Part shown: positions 30,164 through 39,378 of the stretch, piece after piece
Numbering within the stretch: position 1 is the first letter of the stretch
Layout: the number at the start of each line of letters is the position of its first letter
Source: Parcubacteria group bacterium
GTDB lineage: Bacteria; Patescibacteriota; Minisyncoccia; UBA6257; Colwellbacteraceae
Length of the DNA: 64,000 bases
Assembly (NCBI GenBank): GCA_041649615.1
Contig: JBAZMT010000001.1
Location: 26,981-90,980 of the forward strand
Reading direction: 5' to 3'
The notes under the pieces: generated by a model
What the model saw: only the letters and a program-made list of their open reading frames with translations
What the model was told of the DNA's origin: nothing
Databases searched by the model: none
Made by a program: the position numbers and the translations under genes

Positions 30164-31066
30164 ATGAGTGAAAAGACTTCCGTGTTTGCACCGGTGCCAA
30201 TAGTAGCGGCGATGAAAAAGGTGCTACAGGTGTTAAAACTTTCCGAAGGTGCCGAAGCATGGGATCAAGTGCGGGCAACCGAACTGCAGCGCTCTTTCTT
30301 CCACGATTACTACGCGCTCCGAGGGAAAAACCCACTTGAGTGCTTTTCAAAAGACGAGCTCAAGAGTTACGCCTCCGCTTCCGCCGAGACGCTCAACAAG
30401 ATTCTCGAGAGAAACGGATTTCCCGACATGCGGCTCGCTGACCTGAATAGATGGGAATTCGGAACGGCCGCGATTCTCGACGTTATGCTTTCGTGGCGGA
30501 AGAAGGGCATAAAAACGAACCTGAAATACGAAGGAAAAAATTATCCGGCTGTCGAAATGGCAGGCGGGCTGGATGCCGGGTTTGAAATCGTAAGATACAA
30601 AGGAAACGACGTCGCGGCGATTAAGACGAAGAACGGGGACGTTGTCTATATGACGATTGCCGACAAAGCTTACGAGGGTTTCGCGCTCGCGAATCGAATC
30701 AATGCCATTGCGGACACGACCCCGAAAAATTCGGAAGAGAAAGTTGACAGCCTCTATTTTCCCATGATTGACGCGAAAGTCGACTCGGATATTTCGTGGC
30801 TTTGCGGCTTGCGGATAAAGCGGACGGATTTCTATATCGCGCAAGCTTTGGAACAGACCAAAATAAGAATGGATGAAACAGGCGTCCGGGTCACAAGCGC
30901 CGTATCGCTCGGCATGCAAATTACGGCTTACGCGCGAATCGTCCGCATTGATAAGCCGTTTTTCATGTGGATCGAGAGAACGGACAAGGAAGGAGGAAAA
31001 CTCCGGTATTTCTACGGATACTTCGCGGAAGATTCGTGGAAGGCTCCGGAAGGACTCACAAGATAA
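30164..31066 (+). CDS. hypothetical protein, divergent serpin-like
   Basis: C-terminus QTKIRMDETG...RIDKPFFMWI...YFYG resembles serpin s5A-hinge-s1C/s4B/s5B; AGGAG SD. Confidence 0.55.
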   Translation: MSEKTSVFAPVPIVAAMKKVLQVLKLSEGAEAWDQVRATELQRSFFHDYYALRGKNPLECFSKDELKSYASASAETLNKILERNGFPDMRLADLNRWEFGTAAILDVMLSWRKKGIKTNLKYEGKNYPAVEMAGGLDAGFEIVRYKGNDVAAIKTKNGDVVYMTIADKAYEGFALANRINAIADTTPKNSEEKVDSLYFPMIDAKVDSDISWLCGLRIKRTDFYIAQALEQTKIRMDETGVRVTSAVSLGMQITAYARIVRIDKPFFMWIERTDKEGGKLRYFYGYFAEDSWKAPEGLTR

Positions 31067-31072
31067 GACTAC

Positions 31073-31099
31073 AGCGAGGCTTTAAAGCCTCGCTTTTTT
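31073..31099. terminator. intrinsic terminator
   Basis: AGCGAGGC-tttaaa-GCCTCGCT followed by a T-tract. Confidence 0.75.
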
Positions 31100-31859
31100 A
31101 TTTGTAGCCGATTTGTTTTAGCCAGGGTAAGTGTTCCCATTCCCAAAGCTTTTTAGCTCCCAAGAAGGCTTCGTAATCTTCGGCGAAATCGGGAAATTCC
31201 TGAATTTCTATTTCGCCTTTAACGGCGCTCCATTCATGTTCGCAGTTTTTGGCAAAACCGTTTCGCCAAGGAAGCTTTATTTTTTCGTTTCCGCCTTTCG
31301 TTCTTTTTATCGCTCCGCATTTGCGGCAAGACTGGTTTTGATCCACGCGCAGAATCCAGCGAGTTGAAATTTCGGGAATTTCATAACGGAGAGGCTCCAT
31401 ATAAGCCGAAGTTTGGAGACAATAATCGCGATATATGGCTTGCGAAGTTTTAATGTCCAGTACGCCGACTTTGCCGCCGATTTCAACAATCGCATCGGCG
31501 GTGCCGGAATATCTTTCGTCAAAATTGATAATTCTTTTTTCAACGTGTTCGCGACAAGTGGAAATCTTTAACCCTTCATTTATTTTTATAAAAGCTTCCG
31601 CCGCTCCGCGAATATCATCCGTAAGGGTAGGGGAATCACCAACCATGATCGCTTGGATAATTTCATGAATTGCCGTTCCTTCGTCGGCTGATTTTTGTTT
31701 GATCGCTTCTCCCATCGCATAACTCGGGAGAGAAGCATAGTACCGATATAAGGCAGGTTTGGCTTTGATATTTACGATACTCGTAACTCGGGGATACCAA
31801 ATGTCACCTATCACATAACCGGCTCCGGCTTTAAAGTCTTCCAGATTTTTATATTCCAT
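31098..31859 (-). CDS. PD-(D/E)XK nuclease superfamily protein
   Basis: PRVTSI, GTAIH, GTADA, LDIKTS, LQTSAY; CxxC...C insert. Confidence 0.8.
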   Translation of the reverse strand: MEYKNLEDFKAGAGYVIGDIWYPRVTSIVNIKAKPALYRYYASLPSYAMGEAIKQKSADEGTAIHEIIQAIMVGDSPTLTDDIRGAAEAFIKINEGLKISTCREHVEKRIINFDERYSGTADAIVEIGGKVGVLDIKTSQAIYRDYCLQTSAYMEPLRYEIPEISTRWILRVDQNQSCRKCGAIKRTKGGNEKIKLPWRNGFAKNCEHEWSAVKGEIEIQEFPDFAEDYEAFLGAKKLWEWEHLPWLKQIGYK

Positions 31860-31960
31860 GGGCAGAAGGAATTATAAACCAAAAGCCGTAATGTGGATAA
31901 CTCGTTTGTCCCAGGATATATATATATAATTAATGAGTTATAATTAGAAAAAATAACAAC

Positions 31961-32581
31961 ATGATATTTGCAATGCACAGTGGTTCCAGTGGCAGGTCTC
32001 TTAAGGGCTTCACGCTTATAGAGCTTCTTATAGTCATCGCCATCCTCGCGGTTCTTGCCGCCGCCGTGGTGGTTGTGTTGAATCCGGCTGAACTTCTCGC
32101 TCGGGCGAGAGACACGCAGAGGTTAAACGATTTGGATACGGTAAGGAACGCGCTCAATATTTATATAACTACGGTTTCTCCGATAGATTTAGGAGACTGT
32201 GTCGCTGCCGGAAGGGCAACCTTTCAGCCAGGCGCCACTATGGGACCGTTTGCGAATCACGTGGGTAGCGTAACGGTACCTGCAGCAGCGGATATGCAAA
32301 AAGTGAATAATGCTGGCTGGGTAAACGTTAATTTTACCCAGATTCCCGGAGGAGCGCCTCTCCCGTATCTTCCGATTGATCCTACAAACGATGCTAATTA
32401 CTTTTATGCCTACGCTTGCAGTGAATCGCCAAATTACATTTATGAATTAGCCGGAAGATTGGAGTCTCAAACGCATCGGGATAAAATGAAAATCGATGGG
32501 GGAAGTAATAGTACATGCGCCACTTATATTGAAAAGACGTGTTTTTATGAGTTAGGTACCGCTCCGGGATTGTCGCTATAA
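31961..32581 (+). CDS. type IV pilin-like prepilin
   Basis: G|FTLIELLIVIAILAVL, ARDTQRLNDL, LPIDP. Confidence 0.9.
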   Translation: MIFAMHSGSSGRSLKGFTLIELLIVIAILAVLAAAVVVVLNPAELLARARDTQRLNDLDTVRNALNIYITTVSPIDLGDCVAAGRATFQPGATMGPFANHVGSVTVPAAADMQKVNNAGWVNVNFTQIPGGAPLPYLPIDPTNDANYFYAYACSESPNYIYELAGRLESQTHRDKMKIDGGSNSTCATYIEKTCFYELGTAPGLSL

Positions 32582-32653
32582 GCTATTAAGCTGTAAGGAG
32601 ATTTTTAATTTTCAATTTCTAATTTCCGAAAGACTTCAATTTCCCTCCCTATC

Positions 32654-34066
32654 CTAACGGGATAGAAGAAGGGGAGTAATATCCGAGATGTTTCCGGCGC
32701 CCATTAGGACGAGGATATCGCCCTTTTTTAAGGAGAGCTTAGCTATGCTTGGTTTAATATTTTTAACATTCTTAATATAAGTTGCTTTTGAAACCTGGAT
32801 TCCCGCCTTCGTGGGAATGACGGAAGATGGGAGATTATTAATATCGCGCGCGAGGGATTTGGAGTTTTTGGTTTTGGATAATTCATCTCTTCCTTTGGGA
32901 TTATAGGCATCAAGAAGAAGAACGTAATCGGCGTCGTTCCAAGAGGAAACGAAATCTTTATACAAAGCGGTGAGCCTTCGTTGTTGATGAGGCTCAAAAC
33001 AGACGGCGATACTCTGGCTTGGAAATTTTTCGCGGAGCGCTTGCAAGGTCGCTTTTATTTCCGTTGGATGATGAGCGTAATCGTCATAAACTTTAACGCC
33101 GTTTTTCGTAACGCCTTTATACTCAATTCGACGCCAAACCCCTTTGAATTCCGATAAGGCGCTTAAAATTGTTTTCTCGTTTATTCCTAACTTCTCTCCA
33201 AGTTTATATGCGGCAAGAGCGTTCATTATATTGTGTGTTCCCGGAATTTTGATAACGCGTTTTATTTTTTGAATTTCGGATTTGTTTTTTTCTGAAAAAT
33301 TAATTATGTTCCCCCATCCTTTTAAGCGGGGGATTAGAGATGCCGAATTTTTGTTGTCGCCGTTCAGGATTATATCTCCTTTTTTCGGAACGGATTTGAG
33401 AAACTTCAAAAACGAATTCTTGACGGCCTTCAAATCTTCATAAAAATCAACGTGCTCCAGATCAATGTTCGTGACAATCGCGGCGTACGGCCTGTAATGC
33501 CAAAAGGCGCCTTTATATTCGTCGGCTTCAATCACGAGCCAGTCACTTTTACCGTGTCGCATATTCCAACCGTTCAATTTGGTTCCAATAATGACCGTAG
33601 GGTCCATTTTAGCCTTAATAAGGATCGTTGAGACCATTGCGGTCGTAGTGCTCTTGCCGTGACTGCCGGCGATGGCGATTGTCTTATACTTCTTTGTTAA
33701 TTCTCCCAGAGCTTCGGGATAGGTCTCTCGCTTAATATCCAAATTATCCGCCTTCTGTAATTCGGAGTTATCTAAGGGTATAGCGGCTGAATAGATAACT
33801 AAATCAGCCTTTTCGGGCAAATTTACCGATTTGTGCCCAATTTTGACCTTTATCCCGTCTTTCTTTAATTCCCTGGTAATTTGACTTTCTACGGCATCAG
33901 AACCTGTTACGAGCCAATTTTCGGCCAAAAACCAACGAGCTAAGGAGCTCATTCCAATGCCGCCTATACCGATGAAATGAACCACTTTTCTGTTGGCCTG
34001 ATAGGGGAGACTGACGCCTGAGCGAACTTTAGGTTTTACAAATTTAGACATATTCGGATACAACAT
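32654..34066 (-). CDS. murC: UDP-N-acetylmuramate--L-alanine ligase
   Basis: HFIGIGGIGMS, GSHGKSTTT, EADE, DDYAHHPTE, MGAG; in-frame repeat insert. Confidence 0.93.
   Translation of the reverse strand: MLYPNMSKFVKPKVRSGVSLPYQANRKVVHFIGIGGIGMSSLARWFLAENWLVTGSDAVESQITRELKKDGIKVKIGHKSVNLPEKADLVIYSAAIPLDNSELQKADNLDIKRETYPEALGELTKKYKTIAIAGSHGKSTTTAMVSTILIKAKMDPTVIIGTKLNGWNMRHGKSDWLVIEADEYKGAFWHYRPYAAIVTNIDLEHVDFYEDLKAVKNSFLKFLKSVPKKGDIILNGDNKNSASLIPRLKGWGNIINFSEKNKSEIQKIKRVIKIPGTHNIMNALAAYKLGEKLGINEKTILSALSEFKGVWRRIEYKGVTKNGVKVYDDYAHHPTEIKATLQALREKFPSQSIAVCFEPHQQRRLTALYKDFVSSWNDADYVLLLDAYNPKGRDELSKTKNSKSLARDINNLPSSVIPTKAGIQVSKATYIKNVKNIKPSIAKLSLKKGDILVLMGAGNISDITPLLLSR
32795..32821 (+). repeat. 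palindromic dRS3-like repeat, copy 1 (inside murC)
   Basis: CTGGATTCCC-gccttcgt-GGGAATGAC. Confidence 0.85.
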
Positions 34067-34067
34067 A

Positions 34068-34094
34068 CCGGATTCCCGGCGTACCGGGAATGAC
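34068..34094 (+). repeat. palindromic dRS3-like repeat, copy 2
   Basis: CCGGATTCCC-ggcgtacc-GGGAATGAC. Confidence 0.85.
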
Positions 34095-34190
34095 AGAAAA
34101 AAAGAGAGGTAGAAGGAATTAAATATAGATATATACTAGCGGGATCAAAAATTAAAATTCAAAGAAGGGAAGGGATATCAAATAATATGT

Positions 34191-34218
34191 GTGTCGCAAA
34201 AGGTGCATTATGCGACAT
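34191..34218. other. putative dif-like Xer recombination site
   Basis: 11-6-11 near-symmetric GTGTCGCAAAA-ggtgca-TTATGCGACAT. Confidence 0.55.
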
Positions 34219-34258
34219 ATGATTAAGATGCGCAAGCCTACTCCCCCTACATCTCCTC

Positions 34259-34411
34259 CTACATATTACCCATAACCTCCCTTGCCAATTTAGCGAGAGC
34301 ATCAAAAAGCAAACTTAAGACATTCAATAAAGCCTTCGCGGCCGGCAAAATGTATTGCCATGAATTCTTTAAAGCCTCAAGCACTTTTTGAAATTCCGGA
34401 GCTGAGTCCAT
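34259..34411 (-). CDS. small amphipathic protein (not in ORF track)
   Basis: 50-aa MDSAPEFQKVLEALKNSWQYILPAAKALLNVLSLLFDALAKLAREVMGNM; TATAAT 7 nt before the ATG. Confidence 0.55.
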   Translation of the reverse strand: MDSAPEFQKVLEALKNSWQYILPAAKALLNVLSLLFDALAKLAREVMGNM

Positions 34412-34526
34412 GACTCTTATTATAGCTCAAACATGAAGAGACGTTAAAAGCGTTAAACGCCGAAATGTGAAAACGGTGAAGACGGATATGAAAACATCAC
34501 GCTTGGCTCCAGACTGTGCGGACGGG

Positions 34527-35741
34527 CTAAAAATAATTGTTCGGGTCCATGGTGGTACCGACAGGGACAACTCCGGCACCCGCGAAACCTTTAAGCTCCA
34601 TCGTTTGGTAAACTCCGAAGTGTAAGTGAGGACCGGTAGCGTAACCGGTGTTTCCCGAATAGCCGATTATCTCTCCTTGCGTGACAGACTGGCCCACGGA
34701 AACCGATTGTTGCGACAGGTGGGCGTAAAGGGTAAAGAAATTGTCATCATGCTTTATGACGATGTATTTGCCGTATTGATAATTACCATTATTGCCAACG
34801 GCTAATATTCTTCCCGAGGCCGCGGCGATGATGGGCGTGCCGATAGGCATTCCATAATCGTTTCCGTTGTGAAAGCCGGTCTTATAAGCCGTTTTGGCGA
34901 AATCCGTGGCGCCGTACCGCTGGGTCATAATCCGTGAGCCGGTGAAAGGATTTTTAAGGTATCCCCTGCCCGGCGCCAAGGCGGCGTTGAAGTTCTTTCT
35001 AAGAACCGCTTCCAATCCTTCAATTTCCTCATTGATACTTTCTTGTTTCTTTTCCAGTTCGGAAAGCTGGCGTTGAAAAGCCGATTCCTGATTCTTCGTT
35101 TCTTTGAGAAGAGTTTCTTTATACGATTTCTGGTCTTGCACTATCACTTTGCGGTTTTTGAGATTAAGCTGTTCGTTCACCAAACCGGTTTTCTTGGAAT
35201 CAGTATCTTTGATGTTTTCATCAAGAGCGGACGACAAGTTTCTAAGCAAAACGATTTCGTTCCCTAGGGATGCCTGAAGTTCGTCAAGGTTTGAGAGTTC
35301 CGTAACGCTGTCGGCAAGACTCTTACTTGAAAGAAAAGTTTCCAGAACGCCGACTTTTTCACGCTGGTTTATTTCCCTGATGATCGTCGAAATACTCGCT
35401 TTCTTTTCGGATATCATTCTTTCCGTATCGGAGAGCTGAATGCCCAGATTCTCAAGCTCAAGAGTGAGCTTGTCTATATTTATTTCACTCCCTTTGATGT
35501 TCAGTTCAAGATTCTTGATGGTATATTCGGTGCTTTGGATTTCGCGTGAAAGCGATTTGCTCTGGGAACTTACGTTGTCAAGTTTGCCTTGAGTATCGTT
35601 GATCTGGCTTTGAACGTTTTCCAGTTCTTTGCTTTTCGCATCAATGCGCGCTCTTAAGTCGGCTTCGTTTTCCGCGAAAGCCACCGGAACGCTTCCCAGT
35701 AAGAACAATATAAAGACCAGAACGTTAAGAGAACGCTTCAT
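34527..35741 (-). CDS. M23 peptidase with long coiled coil (EnvC/CwlO-like)
   Basis: Signal peptide, coiled coil, HNGND, YAHL, TGPHLHF. Confidence 0.92.
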   Translation of the reverse strand: MKRSLNVLVFILFLLGSVPVAFAENEADLRARIDAKSKELENVQSQINDTQGKLDNVSSQSKSLSREIQSTEYTIKNLELNIKGSEINIDKLTLELENLGIQLSDTERMISEKKASISTIIREINQREKVGVLETFLSSKSLADSVTELSNLDELQASLGNEIVLLRNLSSALDENIKDTDSKKTGLVNEQLNLKNRKVIVQDQKSYKETLLKETKNQESAFQRQLSELEKKQESINEEIEGLEAVLRKNFNAALAPGRGYLKNPFTGSRIMTQRYGATDFAKTAYKTGFHNGNDYGMPIGTPIIAAASGRILAVGNNGNYQYGKYIVIKHDDNFFTLYAHLSQQSVSVGQSVTQGEIIGYSGNTGYATGPHLHFGVYQTMELKGFAGAGVVPVGTTMDPNNYF

Positions 35742-35747
35742 GACGTT

Positions 35748-37136
35748 TTATTCGGAAATTTTTTCCAGAGCTTTATTAATTCGGGAAATGCTTTCTTCTT
35801 TACCCAAGCCTTCCATTATTTCAAAAGGTCCCGGAGATTCTTTAGACCCAGAAAGAGCGACTCTTAACGGCCAGAGATACTCCCCTTTCTTTCCTTCGGG
35901 AATTATGGCGAAAATGGATGCTTCCAAATTTTCTTCGGCGAATTTACCGGTTTCCGAAATTACCGAGAGCAATTTTTCCAAATTTTCTTTGATATTCCCC
36001 TTTTCGCCTTTCCAATAAAGTAAGTCGGTCGGATAATCCGGAGATTCAAAGAAAAACCGTACAGCATCTTCTAAGTCAGATAATTTTTCTAGCCGGGTTT
36101 TGACGGCATTCATAATACTCGGAGTAAGCCGCCAGTCTTTGGGGATGAAGTCCTGTCCCCTATTTGTAAGCTCTTCCGCGGGAATAATTTCCGAAATATA
36201 TTTTTTATTCAGCCAATTCAGTTTTTGAAAATCAAAAACCGCTCCCCCTTTTTGAATTCGGGAAAAATCAAATTCTTTAACCAAATCTTCTTTGGAGAAC
36301 ACCTCTCTGTCGTCTTTCGGATGCCACGAAAGAAGCGCCAAAAAATTAATAATCGCTTCGGACAAATATCCCTTGTCAAAAAATTCAACAAGAGCCGTGT
36401 CTCCTCCTCTTTTGGACATCTTGCTTCGATCAGGATTCAAGATAAGCGGCAAATGTCCAAAAACCGGTTCTTTCGCGCCTAAAGCTTCAAAGAGAGCGAT
36501 TTGCTTCGGAGTATTCGCCAAATGATCTTCGCCGCGAATAACGTGAGTGATTTCCATTTCTATGTCATCAACGACGACAGAAAAATTGTAAAGAGGTTCT
36601 TCAAGAGATTTAGCGACAACCACATCGCCGATAAGCGAAGCGTCGTAGCTCACTTCTCCCCGAATCATATCTTTAAAAGATATTTTTTTGTGAGGCATTC
36701 GGAATCGCCAGACGTAAGGTTCACCCGAAGCGATTCTTTTGTCCGATTCTTCTTTGGAAATCACGGCGCACTTACCCGAATAAACGAAAGGTTTCTTTTC
36801 TTTTTCAGCTTTGATTCGCTCCGCGTCAAGTTCACTTTCGGAACAAAAGCAAGGGTAGACTTTATCTTTTTTAATCAGGTTTTCCAGACGCTCTTTGTAA
36901 AGATTCGTTCGTTCGCTTTGTCTGTAAAATTCGTCCCAGTCAAGACCAAGCTTTTTTAAGCCTTCCACGATACTTTCTTCGTATTCTTTTTTGGAACGCT
37001 CCTTGTCCGTGTCTTCAATCCGCAGAATGAATTTGCCGCCGTTTTGACGAGCGAAAAGCCATACAAAAAGACCGGCGCGAGCCGTGCCGATATGCATCAT
37101 TCCCGTGGGAGATGGAGCCAATCTGACTTTAACCAC
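35748..37136 (-). CDS. gltX: glutamate--tRNA ligase
   Basis: RLAPSPTG, HIG, RIEDTD, KMSKR. Confidence 0.96.
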   Translation of the reverse strand: MVKVRLAPSPTGMMHIGTARAGLFVWLFARQNGGKFILRIEDTDKERSKKEYEESIVEGLKKLGLDWDEFYRQSERTNLYKERLENLIKKDKVYPCFCSESELDAERIKAEKEKKPFVYSGKCAVISKEESDKRIASGEPYVWRFRMPHKKISFKDMIRGEVSYDASLIGDVVVAKSLEEPLYNFSVVVDDIEMEITHVIRGEDHLANTPKQIALFEALGAKEPVFGHLPLILNPDRSKMSKRGGDTALVEFFDKGYLSEAIINFLALLSWHPKDDREVFSKEDLVKEFDFSRIQKGGAVFDFQKLNWLNKKYISEIIPAEELTNRGQDFIPKDWRLTPSIMNAVKTRLEKLSDLEDAVRFFFESPDYPTDLLYWKGEKGNIKENLEKLLSVISETGKFAEENLEASIFAIIPEGKKGEYLWPLRVALSGSKESPGPFEIMEGLGKEESISRINKALEKISE

Positions 37137-38286
37137 GAGCTAATTCTACCAGTTTTTCGGCAATTTTCCGAGCCGCATCCGGTTTTGCGAATTCTTTTGC
37201 CGAAGCGGCCATTGATTCCAAAAGGGAGGTTTTGGAAATCAGTTCTCCCAAGACTCGCAAAAATATAGACGGATTTAATTCCTCTTCCCTTAAAACTATG
37301 CAGGCTTTGGCGCGTTCGTAAGCGAGCGCGTTTTTAAGCTGATGGTTTTGAGCCGCTTCGGGAAGAGGAATCAAAATTGACGGCTTGCCAAGCGCGGCAA
37401 ATTCAAAGATGGATGATCCGGCGCGAGAAATGAAAATGTCGGCGGCGGCGAAAACTTCTTTAATATCGCGGTCAATGAAATCGGTCATTCGATAACCCGA
37501 TGAATTCATTTCTTCGGGAGAATCAAAAAGATTGCCGATCGCTCCACTTACTTCGGCAAACGATTTCGCTCCGGTCTGGTGAAATATCTGGAGGCCCATT
37601 CCAAGCATTTCGGAGACGGACGAAACTACGAGATCATTCATTCTCTGCGAACCTTGAGAGCCGCCGATAACAACCGCTAAAAGTTTTTCCGGGTTAAATC
37701 CCAAAGAAAGTTTGGCGGCACGTTTATCCGGCAGATTTTCAAAAACGATCGGACGCAAAGGATTTCCGACCACCTCGCTTTTTTTTCGGTCTTTGTCGCG
37801 AAGATCGTCCTTTGCGTCTTCAAACGCCAAAAATATTTTTCTTGCGAAACGAGCCGAAATTCGGGTCGTGATACTCGGAACGGAATCCGATTCGTGAATC
37901 ACAACCGGAAGAGAAAAAATCCGACCGGCGATAATCGGCGCTAAACTTCCAGGACCTCCTTTCCCGAAAATCACATCAGGCTTCTCTTTAAAAACAAGCA
38001 TCATGGATTGCACCAAACTCAAAATAAATTTCGGCGCTTCCAAAAAATTTTCAACCGAAAAATATCTTCGCAGTTTGCTCGGAATGATTTTTCTTATTGT
38101 AATTCCCAATTCTTCAAATTTATCCGCATAATCTCCCGGATTACCGACATAAACCAGTCGCAGGATTAGTCCTTTCTTATCCGCGATATTTTTTGCCTCC
38201 GAGCACACCGCGAGAAGCGGATTGATATGACCGGCCGTGCCGCCGCCCGCAAGCATAATTTTTATTTCTTTCTTTTCTCTATCCAT
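37129..38286 (-). CDS. murG: MurG glycosyltransferase
   Basis: GGGTAGHINP, GGSQGS, SRAG, HQLKNA. Confidence 0.94.
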   Translation of the reverse strand: MDREKKEIKIMLAGGGTAGHINPLLAVCSEAKNIADKKGLILRLVYVGNPGDYADKFEELGITIRKIIPSKLRRYFSVENFLEAPKFILSLVQSMMLVFKEKPDVIFGKGGPGSLAPIIAGRIFSLPVVIHESDSVPSITTRISARFARKIFLAFEDAKDDLRDKDRKKSEVVGNPLRPIVFENLPDKRAAKLSLGFNPEKLLAVVIGGSQGSQRMNDLVVSSVSEMLGMGLQIFHQTGAKSFAEVSGAIGNLFDSPEEMNSSGYRMTDFIDRDIKEVFAAADIFISRAGSSIFEFAALGKPSILIPLPEAAQNHQLKNALAYERAKACIVLREEELNPSIFLRVLGELISKTSLLESMAASAKEFAKPDAARKIAEKLVELARG

Positions 38287-39373
38287 GTCGCAAAGCGTTA
38301 ACCATAAGTCCCGCCATAGCCATAAAAGTAACAAGAGCGGTACCTCCGTAACTTACAAAGGGCAGAGGCACTCCGGTTAAGGGAATGAACCCCGAAACGG
38401 AAGCTATGTGGGTAAAAGCTTGAAGGCCGATTATGGAAGAAAAGCCGATAAGTATCAACTTCCCGAAGTCGGAGTGGGCCCGCGCAGAACCCGAAAGGCC
38501 GGTAAAAACCAGAAGGAAATAAAGGGCGATAAAGAACATTGATCCCACAAAACCGAATTCTTCGGCGACCACGGCAAAAATGGAATCCCCGATCGGCTCC
38601 GGCAGAGAATTCTTGAGAGTGGAATTTCCGTAACCGACTCCCGTAAGACCGCCAGAACCGACCGTAATGAGAGATTGGTTCAGATGATAATTCGTGCCGC
38701 GAACATCCGTGTCGGGACTTAAGAAAGACAAAATTCTTGATTTTCTGTAAGGCGTAAAAGTGATAACGAGCGTAAGTATCAAAATGCCCACAAGTCCCAT
38801 AATGGCGATAAAAGACAGTTTCGTGCCGCTCATAAAGTAAACGATCAGGGTAGAAATCATAATGATTATCAAAATGCTCGTTGAAGGCTGCGCTAAAAGC
38901 AATCCGCCGATAACGGCGCAGATTATCATAAAAGGCAGAAGCCCTTCCGACAGATCTTTTTTGCGGTCTCTTCCTTTGGAGGTCAGCCAGGCGGAGATAT
39001 AAACGATAAAAGTGAATTTGAGCAGTTCCGAAGGCTGGATCTGAAAACCGAAAATATCAAGCCATCTCGCGGAAGTGCCGAACTCGCTGCCCAAGGGCGT
39101 GAAGACAAGGATTAATCCGGCGATATTGATGAGCAACAGAACGAAAGAAATCTTTTTGAGGAATTTAAGCGGAACGAACATGGCGGCGAGAAAAGCAACG
39201 AGCCCAATGCCCAATCCGAAAATAAACTGATGCTTCAGATAGTAATACGCGTCTCCGAATTTTATTTCGCCCAAAGAGGACGAAGCGCTCGCAAGAATCG
39301 CCATACCCAATACAATCAGGGCGGCGGAGATGACTATTATGATAACGTCGGCGTTTTTTTTAATGACGTGCAT
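38279..39373 (-). CDS. ftsW: SEDS protein FtsW
   Basis: SARWL, IQPSE, EEFGFVG, TGVPLPFVSYGG; adjacent to murG. Confidence 0.92.
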   Translation of the reverse strand: MHVIKKNADVIIIVISAALIVLGMAILASASSSLGEIKFGDAYYYLKHQFIFGLGIGLVAFLAAMFVPLKFLKKISFVLLLINIAGLILVFTPLGSEFGTSARWLDIFGFQIQPSELLKFTFIVYISAWLTSKGRDRKKDLSEGLLPFMIICAVIGGLLLAQPSTSILIIIMISTLIVYFMSGTKLSFIAIMGLVGILILTLVITFTPYRKSRILSFLSPDTDVRGTNYHLNQSLITVGSGGLTGVGYGNSTLKNSLPEPIGDSIFAVVAEEFGFVGSMFFIALYFLLVFTGLSGSARAHSDFGKLILIGFSSIIGLQAFTHIASVSGFIPLTGVPLPFVSYGGTALVTFMAMAGLMVNALRHG

Positions 39374-39378
39374 AGTAT

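Noticed and set aside
31098-31859. Cas4 or prophage marker
   Set aside because: No cas1/cas2, integrase or phage structural genes nearby
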